NCBI GenBank assembly: GCA_963578605.1
Contig: CAUZEA010000001.1
Location: 83,749 to 147,748, forward strand
Reading direction: 5' to 3'
Source: Planctomycetota bacterium
GTDB lineage: Bacteria > Planctomycetota > Planctomycetia > Pirellulales > Lacipirellulaceae
DNA: 64,000 nt
Shown one piece after another: positions 1 through 9,164 of the stretch (positions are counted from its first letter, which is position 1; every line of letters begins with the position of its first letter). Under the pieces are notes generated by a model that saw nothing but the letters and a program-made list of their open reading frames with translations, was not told where the DNA came from and made no database searches. Made by a program: the position numbers and the translations under genes.

Positions 1-1326
1 CACGGGACACTCCGATTTTCCGGCCGTCCGCCACTGCATATTGCCTAGTTCGCAGAAGATTTGGTTAAATGCGAGTGGAAAGAAATCGGCGAACTGTAAA
101 AAGGCAACGGGGCGACCACCCAACAGGGAACGACCAACCGATTTTCCGACAATTGTTGCTTCAGCCAGGGGAGCATTCTTCACACGTTCACCAAACTCGG
201 TACTCAGCCCCTTGGTGACACCAAACACGTCGCCTTTGGGATCTTCAATATCCTGGCCAAACAAGGTAACCCGCGGGTCGCTCGCCAGATGGTTTTTGAG
301 TACCTCCCGGATCGTATCCTTCATCGTCAATTGTGGACCTTCGTCGCAACCCCGATATTCACTGGATGGATCAGTCAGCAAAGCAGGAAGTTTTCGTTTT
401 GCGGTGTGCGTTGGCCTGGAATCGGGAACTTGCGCCGCTGCGGCTTCTGCTGCTGCCACATCCCGCCGCACTTCTTCACGAACCTGCTGCAATTCTGAAA
501 TTGCCCAGCCACTGCCAATCAGGTGCCGTTCGAAATGTTCGATCGGGTCCCCCAGTGTCGTGGCAGCCTCGATGTCGGCCGCGTTTCGGTAGATCGTCTG
601 GTCATCGGCATTTGTGTGACTTGTCAGCCGTTCTACGTTGAAAATGACCACTACCGGTTCGCGCTGCTGGCGAATGGAAGTCACAATCGCTGCCAATTCG
701 GGTGTGTCTTTGAGAACGTCGCGCCCATCGATATGGTGAATTGGTATGCCAAACAAATGGGCTGGCATTCCGTTCGGCAGTGAATAAAACGTTTTATTTC
801 GCGTGTCGGTCGAAATTGCCCACTGGTTGTCTTCAATAAAGAAGAGCACTGGCAGTTTTTCGCGGGCTGCCTCGGCACACGCCTCCAGGAATTCGCCCTG
901 TTGGGTTGTACCGTCGCCAACCGAACAAAAGGCTATTGGCCCCCCAACCTGGTGCTTGATTTCGGCTGCAATCCCAACAGAATGGAGCGCATTATTACCC
1001 ACCGGTCCTGAAAGGCTCAGGATGTGCAGGTCGTCATCAAATATGAAGGCATTCAGTTGCCGGCCATGAGAAACTGAACTGGCAGTGTAGTAGAGTGCGT
1101 TAAAAAAGACCTCTGGCTGTATTCCTCGTGCCAACATCAACGCCTTGTCGCGGTAGTGACAGTGCAACCAGTCGTCGGGTGTGAGCAACCCAGCCAGTAT
1201 TGCCGCACCTTCGTGCCCAGCCCCAGATACGTGGAACGAGGCTTCGCCACGCCGCACAAGTTCCCCTTCCAAGCGGTCGATTTCCCGTGCGGTGACCATC
1301 GCCCGGTAAAGATGCAAAAAGTCCAT
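1..1326 (-). CDS. TPP-dependent 2-oxoacid dehydrogenase E1 component, fused alpha/beta subunits (3' end runs off the window)
   Basis: Absent from the ORF track because it stays open to the window edge. Manual reverse translation is continuous: MDFLHLYRAMVTAREIDRLEGELVRRGEASFHVSGAGHEGAA...SVGDGTTQQGEFLEA...LFFIEDNQWAIST (alpha/TPP part), then LTMKDTIREVL...FGQDIEDPKGDVFGVTKGL...APLAEATIVG (beta part). First ATG is at 1326; an in-frame TAA lies upstream near 1463. Confidence 0.8.
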   Translation of the reverse strand, partial: MDFLHLYRAMVTAREIDRLEGELVRRGEASFHVSGAGHEGAAILAGLLTPDDWLHCHYRDKALMLARGIQPEVFFNALYYTASSVSHGRQLNAFIFDDDLHILSLSGPVGNNALHSVGIAAEIKHQVGGPIAFCSVGDGTTQQGEFLEACAEAAREKLPVLFFIEDNQWAISTDTRNKTFYSLPNGMPAHLFGIPIHHIDGRDVLKDTPELAAIVTSIRQQREPVVVIFNVERLTSHTNADDQTIYRNAADIEAATTLGDPIEHFERHLIGSGWAISELQQVREEVRRDVAAAEAAAAQVPDSRPTHTAKRKLPALLTDPSSEYRGCDEGPQLTMKDTIREVLKNHLASDPRVTLFGQDIEDPKGDVFGVTKGLSTEFGERVKNAPLAEATIVGKSVGRSLLGGRPVAFLQFADFFPLAFNQIFCELGNMQWRTAGKSECPV

Positions 1327-1507
1327 GCGAAGTGACTCGATGTTGGCGGGGGCAGGGAACCCGTGCTGGTAAACTGCACGAGCCGCCCGGATAAAATGAG
1401 GGGCAGGGAGTGTATGGAATATCGACCAGTCTCGAAGCGCCAATCTTGTGTTGTGTGAAGAATTTACGTCGAAAGTTCTCTGGGGGATGCCAGCACTGAA
1501 TGCACTC

Positions 1508-1931
1508 TCAGAACAACTCACAGTCCTGCAGCGGTTCGGAGAGGACCAGCAGTGTGCAACCACTCGCGATGACGCCCCTGATGGCAAACCCCAGCCAGAG
1601 TTCCCAGGACCGATCCCTGCCCACCGCTAAGGCTGTCACCACCGATCACAACTGCGGCAGTCACCTTTAATTCCACGCCCAGGCCAGACACCCAATTCCC
1701 GCTCGAGAGCTTCGCAACCTGGGTCACGCCCGCCACGCCAATGAACAAGCCCGCCAGAGCATCGATGACCAGCTTGATCGTGGTCACTTTGACACCACGC
1801 AATCGGGTTGTCTGTTCCTTGGGCCCCATGGCGGACAGGTGACGTCCGAAGACGGTCCACCGCAAAACGATCGCTAGCACTACTGCCAACGCAAAAGCCC
1901 GCCCTACCCCCAAAGGCAATCCAAACAACAA
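1508..1931 (-). pseudogene. Remnant of a ribose/sugar-type ABC transporter permease (C-terminal half only, frameshifted)
   Basis: ORF 1518-1931 reads FGRHLSAMGPKEQTTRLRGVKVTTIKLVIDALAGLFIGVAGV...AAVVIGGDSLSGGQGSVLGTLAG, matching the C-terminal half of RbsC-like permeases. The expected tail (GFAIRGVIASGCTLLVLSEPLQ) continues in another frame. No N-terminal half lies upstream, and no ATPase or binding protein is nearby. Confidence 0.55.
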
Positions 1932-2212
1932 GGCCGCCGGGCGCGTGCTGACCCTATTGCCAAGCCAGTTTGGGATCTGATTGAGTGCCCTTTGCCGTGT
2001 TCTTGCAGGAATTGAACTCTTCCTACGTAACCAACTGCGTTGGACTCAAGTAGCAGTAGGGTGGAAAACCGCTGCCCATTTGTAGAAAACGGTGCGGTGT
2101 CAAAATACGTTGGACCGACTGGCACGTGTGCCCGACCGCAGACCGCAGTGGGGTAGCGTCAAGGCGTAGCAGCGGCTGTTTCCGGCGGATCTCGCAGTCG
2201 CTTTGGGGGTAC

Positions 2213-3412
2213 CTACGGGACAATGATTGCAGTACCGACCGCCGCGCCTGCCTGCCAAAGTCCGCCCCGCGCGCTAACAGGTACAGCCGGAACAAGATAC
2301 GGAGCACAATTGCCAGGCCGGTAATACCCCAACGCATACTGGCGTTCGCAGGGTGGCGTATAACCCATGCAGTAAGGCAGCACCGGCAAACGGGCAAAGA
2401 AATGGGCGCCCGAAACAAACGGCTGCAAACAAGGCCCCCAGCTGTGCCCATACCGTTCCAGATCGACTTCTTCGAAGTAAAGCGGCTTGTGGTACAGCTT
2501 TGAAGCAGTCCAACGGTACGTCACTTGGGGCCAACAGCGTGGCTGAACCTTCTGGCCATCATTGACGGAACATTCAAAGGGAAAATCTTCACCTTCAGTT
2601 CCAACGATCGCAATATCAAGACCTATGTCGGCCAAGGTGCTGGCTTTGAAGTCTTTGAGTTCCTCGGCACAAAGCTGCTGATTGGCCTGCAGCTCTTCTG
2701 CCCGCGATAATGAACCAAAATCACTTCGGGAGGTCTGCCGGGGCGAATCGGGCCCTGCGGACTTGGGTACGTCAAATGGCAGTAATGGTCCGGATTGATC
2801 TGGCGGTGGTATTGCCAGATCGGGATTGTCTGACGACGACTGCTCAGGGTCGTCGCCCACGTCAAACGAGTCCTCAAGCTGTTTTAGTACATCCACATCG
2901 TCAAGTTGATCGAGATTTTGCAATTCCGTTTCATCGAGCTCGGGTAGCCTTAAGTCTGTTTCATCGAGCTCGGGTAGCCTTAAGTCTTGGACATTCAGGT
3001 TGTCCGTCATTAAATCGCCGATATCAAGATCTTGCAGATCCTCTGGTTGGGTCGCCTCAGGCCCTTGATCAACGGGGGCTTCGGCGAGCTGCGCCAAGTG
3101 GAGGCCCCTTTTTTGAGGCTGGCGGTGGACCACAATGCTTTTGAGTCGTACTCGGCCAGCCTCCGGGCCAATGATGCCTGCTCGCATTTGCCCCTCAAAT
3201 CGTACCGGGATGGGTTGCACCACCGGCGGTCGAGTGGAAACTGCTATGTCACGTGCTACTGGCTCGATCGCTGCCCACATCGATCTTGGACGTTGCGGTT
3301 GATCGGCCTGACGAAATTGCCAGCCGAGTTCCTCCGAAGCGGTGGTCTGGCCGACGAAGGCCAAAACAATGCCGGGCAACATTAGCAGCGTCAAGAGACC
3401 CGGGCTGGCCAC
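2213..3412 (-). CDS. Hypothetical membrane-anchored protein with an acidic repeat region and a conserved-looking C-terminal domain
   Basis: The 538-aa ORF overlaps guaB at its 5' end. A plausible start is the GTG at 3412 just downstream of the guaB stop (alternative ATG at 3382), giving the hydrophobic anchor LLTLLMLPGIVLAFVG. The C-terminus is KPLYFEEVDLERYGHSWGP...LPVLPYCMGYTPP. Confidence 0.6.
   Translation of the reverse strand: MASPGLLTLLMLPGIVLAFVGQTTASEELGWQFRQADQPQRPRSMWAAIEPVARDIAVSTRPPVVQPIPVRFEGQMRAGIIGPEAGRVRLKSIVVHRQPQKRGLHLAQLAEAPVDQGPEATQPEDLQDLDIGDLMTDNLNVQDLRLPELDETDLRLPELDETELQNLDQLDDVDVLKQLEDSFDVGDDPEQSSSDNPDLAIPPPDQSGPLLPFDVPKSAGPDSPRQTSRSDFGSLSRAEELQANQQLCAEELKDFKASTLADIGLDIAIVGTEGEDFPFECSVNDGQKVQPRCWPQVTYRWTASKLYHKPLYFEEVDLERYGHSWGPCLQPFVSGAHFFARLPVLPYCMGYTPPCERQYALGYYRPGNCAPYLVPAVPVSARGGLWQAGAAVGTAIIVP
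2928..2987. repeat. Perfect 30-bp tandem duplication inside a CDS
   Basis: gtttcatcgagctcgggtagccttaagtct occurs twice back to back. It encodes the duplicated DLRLPELDET on the minus strand. Confidence 0.9.
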
Positions 3413-3419
3413 CCGGGTG

Positions 3420-5216
<1,797 letters not shown>

Positions 5217-5786
5217 CTATTTGCTGCGACGGAAGAATCCGAGGCCAACCAGCGCCATGCTTATCAGGGCCAAAGTAGCTGGCTCAGGAATCGCGGTCAC
5301 GATACCACTGACACTGACAGCCGCAGCACCACCATCGTCAAAGTCGGCAGCGTACGAAACCGAGCCACCGTCGGCCATCACGATCTGGGCGAAGTCAACC
5401 GACATTGCGGCACTTGTGTGATTCGAGATATTGGTGATTGCACCCGTAAGCTCGGAAGCACCTTCGTCCATGGCCGTACTCAAGATATCGCCCGAGGCGA
5501 ACAGGAACTGCGAGTCTTGCGAGACATCAGCATTGACAAAGCCGAAAAATCCGTTGGCGTCGGTGAAAATTGAGGCCTGACCGGCAGGATTAACCTGGTT
5601 CATCGCCCCTGTGAAGGTAACGTCGATACCGTTAATCGGACCGGAATCCGAAGTAGCGTTCACCGTCCAAGTCGTGTAGCCGGTCAACTCCGTAGTTGCC
5701 ACACCAGTACTGGTGATAACCACAGCAGCGTTAGCGGATACAGCAACCACAAACATAACAGCAACAGCAAGTGTAAATCTTTTCAT
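5217..5786 (-). CDS. PEP-CTERM sorting-domain exported protein
   Basis: Signal peptide MKRFTLAVAVMFVVAVSANA. C-terminus IPEPATLALISMALVGLGFFRRSK shows PEP motif, TM helix and basic tail. Confidence 0.85.
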   Translation of the reverse strand: MKRFTLAVAVMFVVAVSANAAVVITSTGVATTELTGYTTWTVNATSDSGPINGIDVTFTGAMNQVNPAGQASIFTDANGFFGFVNADVSQDSQFLFASGDILSTAMDEGASELTGAITNISNHTSAAMSVDFAQIVMADGGSVSYAADFDDGGAAAVSVSGIVTAIPEPATLALISMALVGLGFFRRSK

Positions 5787-6028
5787 TTTTTCTTTCCCTT
5801 AATTTGAGTTCTCGAAGGTGTAAGTCCCGATGGTCGAGCCACGAAACACGTGCGGCTCCCACACGGAAAATTGTGATTTCGATGTCCACGGCACTCTTCA
5901 GTTTGAGCAAGCCGTGTTCATTGTCACATTAGCCCTCCTAAAGCCATCAAAACTTACAATCTGAACTCTGCAGAAAATATCAAAAGTTGCGAAAAATCTG
6001 CTAAACGTTTTCCCAAGGTTATTACCAA

Positions 6029-6784
6029 CTAGTTTCCAAGGCGTCGGCGGATAGCAAGCCCGGCCAAGGCGATACCAATCAAGGCAATGCTGGCGGGCTC
6101 AGGGACTGCCGAACCACTACCAGCACCCGCAGCGGTCAGGCCGTAGTTGCTACCGAATATACCAAAGTCGATAATGTCGACGGCCCCACCCGAACCATTG
6201 AAGTCAGATTGGGCTACAGCAGTGCCGTAATCCGCGCCGAAAGTACCGAAGTCGATAATGTCGACCTTGTTGTCCTTGTTGTAGTCGCCGTTGATACCAA
6301 AAGAACCGCTGTAAGTATCGTGGTTGACACCCGCTTCGGCGATCCGGCCGTTACCAGTATAGGAACCAGAGACCGTGACCAAACCAATCCCGCCATCGAT
6401 TTCGATGGTCAGGGTATTCCCATGCGGTGCACTCAATCCACCGGAGCCGAGGGCGGCAAAGACGTCCGTGCTATTTGCCTCTATGACAATGCCGTCGGTT
6501 ACGGTGCCCGTGAAAGGGTTGTTGCCAGGGTTGCCAACCGGGGCAATCCCATCATCTTCCCAGTCAGAGGTTTGGGTAGCGCTAACAATGGAAGCACCAG
6601 CAACACTGAAGCCGACTTCCATCGCCAAAGAGTTGCCGTCGGTGGCTGGAGCCGCCTGGACTACAAACAACCGATTGCTACCGTTCAGACCTCCATCGCT
6701 AACGCTCAAACTTGGTTGGGCCATTGCTGCCGAACCGGTAAAGACAATACTCATCGCTACACACGCCAAGCTCTTCCAGGACAT
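6029..6784 (-). CDS. PEP-CTERM exported protein with two dockerin-like (EF-hand type) repeats
   Basis: Signal peptide MSWKSLACVAMSIVFTGSAAMA. Repeats GDYNKDNKVDIIDFGTFGADYG and DFNGSGGAVDIIDFGIFGSNYG. C-terminus VPEPASIALIGIALAGLAIRRRLGN. The ORF-track start at 6799 is also possible. Confidence 0.85.
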   Translation of the reverse strand: MSWKSLACVAMSIVFTGSAAMAQPSLSVSDGGLNGSNRLFVVQAAPATDGNSLAMEVGFSVAGASIVSATQTSDWEDDGIAPVGNPGNNPFTGTVTDGIVIEANSTDVFAALGSGGLSAPHGNTLTIEIDGGIGLVTVSGSYTGNGRIAEAGVNHDTYSGSFGINGDYNKDNKVDIIDFGTFGADYGTAVAQSDFNGSGGAVDIIDFGIFGSNYGLTAAGAGSGSAVPEPASIALIGIALAGLAIRRRLGN

Positions 6785-7178
6785 TTGTTTTCTCTCCACC
6801 CTCTACGAGAAAGGAATCAAGATGACCAGAGTTGCTCATCAGGCTCCAAACCGCCTTAGGCCGAACAAGTTCGCCTAAAGGCTTCCGGTACCCGATAACA
6901 GCATCCTCCTCTAAAATTAAAAAATCGATTAACGTGACACACTCAACGCTGAGAAGCGATTTTCAAAAGTGTGCCGTCGGTACGACCCAAAACTGTCTGC
7001 TAGCGAATCCATCGCTGTTTTGGTGTATCCATTCGAAGTAACCGCATTATAAACCAAAATTAGTGAATGCAACCCTTAAAACACACAAAAGTTCTAGAAA
7101 ATCCCGATTCGTTAGAGGTTCGCCTTCTTCCCTCGGTTAACATTACCCGAGTAACCCCAACCCACGCATTATGTGCAC

Positions 7179-8234
7179 CTATTTCAAGGATGTCAAGCGA
7201 TTGCACTTGTTTTTATGAGAATTCGCAACGCCTTGTCGCACAACAGGTTGCAAATCTGCTCTCCATGAAAAACACAAGATTAAAACAGCCAAAATCAGGC
7301 TCGAAGGCTCCGGAACGGGTACCCCGGAGCCACTGCCCGGAAATGTGTTGCCAAAGTTCTGCTTCCAAACCTGGTAGTCATCGACGTCAAGAACGGTGTT
7401 GCCGTTGCCGTCGGCCCCGTCATAGGGATTCAGCACAAACTGAGCCAGCGTATCCCGCCACATCGTATAGTCACTGGCTTCAACCACTCCATTGAGGTTG
7501 TAATCTCCGGGATTGTCTGGCGGACCGACAAAATCATCTCGCGAAACGTTCGTTACCGTCAACGCCTGCGTGATCGTGCCAACGCTGTTGATGTCTAGCG
7601 GCAAGCTACTGAAGACCGACACCTGCGTGATTGGATTCAACCCGGCAAAACTTGGCGAAAGCCCAGCCGCAAACTGACCTTCTACCAGGGGAACCGCAAT
7701 ATCCCACTGGGGGTCCGATAAAAAGTCGCTTCCGGTCGCACCCCAAGGTTCACCTGTCACGTCCGTCAAGGTACTAAACATGGGGCCAATGCTTTGGCTT
7801 TCGGCTGGCTTGCCGGCGTAGTCCGGGGCCCCTCCTGAAAGCGTGCCGACACCGTAAAAATAGGATTGTTCCAACGTGCCTGACGGATCAACGAACGGGA
7901 ACTGGAAGATCTGAATCTCTTCGGTATCGCCAAAGCCGGTGTCCAAGAAATTAAAACCGGCAACCTGACCCGCGTTAATTTGTCCAGTAGGGCCCGCCAC
8001 CTGCCAGGTGGTTACACCCGTAATTTTTACACTGACCGAGGCAATGCCAAAGTTAGCGACTTGATCAGCCTTGGCGACCAACGACCAAGTACCACCAGAA
8101 CTTCTGTCGATGCGATCGTTGTACTGGAGATTAAGGGACAGATCGACCTGGTTTGCCCGGACGACTGGTACAACCGGTCCAAGACACGCCAGCAAGGCAG
8201 ATAAAAGAATGCCTTTACGAAACATCTGTTTCAT
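7179..8234 (-). CDS. Exported protein with dockerin-like repeats and an atypical PEP-CTERM-like tail
   Basis: Signal peptide MKQMFRKGILLSALLACLGPVVPVVRA. Repeats GDYNLNGVVEASDYTMWRDTL and ADGNGNTVLDVDDYQVWKQNFG. VPVPEPSSLILAVLILCFSWR is followed by about 29 extra residues instead of ending. Confidence 0.75.
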   Translation of the reverse strand: MKQMFRKGILLSALLACLGPVVPVVRANQVDLSLNLQYNDRIDRSSGGTWSLVAKADQVANFGIASVSVKITGVTTWQVAGPTGQINAGQVAGFNFLDTGFGDTEEIQIFQFPFVDPSGTLEQSYFYGVGTLSGGAPDYAGKPAESQSIGPMFSTLTDVTGEPWGATGSDFLSDPQWDIAVPLVEGQFAAGLSPSFAGLNPITQVSVFSSLPLDINSVGTITQALTVTNVSRDDFVGPPDNPGDYNLNGVVEASDYTMWRDTLAQFVLNPYDGADGNGNTVLDVDDYQVWKQNFGNTFPGSGSGVPVPEPSSLILAVLILCFSWRADLQPVVRQGVANSHKNKCNRLTSLK

Positions 8235-9037
8235 CTCCCACTGCGATTGCCGTGGTGCAAGGAACGATCGAGGTGGGACAACAAACCGCCACGTGACTGG
8301 ACCGCGGCGTGTTGGCAGAAAAACGCCTTGGGAGGCGATATCTCGTGGAACTCCGTTGCTGCTCTCATCTCGGTTCTGTTCGGTTGATGCCCGCCTGGCA
8401 AGGCATTGCTTACAGGCACAAAAGCCGGCCTATATTTCAGCTTACCTACGCCTACTATTTTGGCAAGCGAATTATTCGGGCTGAAGCACGCGCCGACAAC
8501 CGGTTTGAAGCTTGCCGCTAACCGCCATGTTCCTTCCGACTGCTACAGACCACACCGACCAGGAGAAAAAACTGGAACCGCACGGCAGAAAGCCCAAAAA
8601 AGGTTTGACGCGCCGGGGAGAATTTTGGTATTCAGAAGTTGCTCGAGCAGAAATGACTCCTTTTCTTGCAGCGAACGAGACCGTGTTTGATCCTCGCCAC
8701 TCGGCGAAGAAAGGAGAGCACAAGTTCTGGCCTTTGCTTATGGTCAGTGGGCCTTTGCTCCATGTGGATTGAATAAGTTCAATTCCTTTAACCAAAATAA
8801 CCAGGGTGCGAGCCTGGTTGAACAGGGCGATGGTTTGCGGACTGTTTCAGGTTAACCGCTGGACGGTGATTCGATCCCTGCTACTGGTGCTGCTTCACGC
8901 CAGTCACTAATGGATCGCTCGATCGAACGCCGCAGCCCGTAACGGGCACGGAACCAACAGGCAGTTTTCACCTCCGATTGTTCGATGACTGGCCGCACAG
9001 GTTTTACTCTATGGACACTCTTGATGAACCGATATAG

Positions 9038-9070
9038 CCCGTCTCGCGGTCACGCGAGGCGGGTTTTTTT
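9038..9070 (+). terminator. Orphan rho-independent terminator-like hairpin, 95 nt upstream of the cyclase-kinase gene
   Basis: CCCGTCTCGCG-gtca-CGCGAGGCGGG (one G-U pair) followed by TTTTTTT on the plus strand. No convincing plus-strand CDS lies upstream. Confidence 0.6.
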
Positions 9071-9164
9071 GTCATCAAAGCGCCTGCTAATGACTGGTGC
9101 AAAATGGACGTGGCGGGCGATAATGAAGGCGTAGCCAACCGCCCACCCCCTCATTACCGCATCT

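Noticed and set aside
8860-8885. T-arm or tmRNA-like GGACGGTGATTCGATCCC
   Set aside because: The flanking bases do not form a T-stem. There is no acceptor stem, tag reading frame or CCA-proximal structure.
8824-8888. Fluoride (crcB-motif) riboswitch-like string: GGCGATGG...TTAACCGC...TGAT...CTAC upstream of the orphan terminator
   Set aside because: The short consensus words are present. The required P1 pairing is not: GGGCG has no CGCCC partner. The pseudoknot complement of GGTTTG is also absent, so the fold cannot form. There is no crcB or fluoride-related gene downstream.
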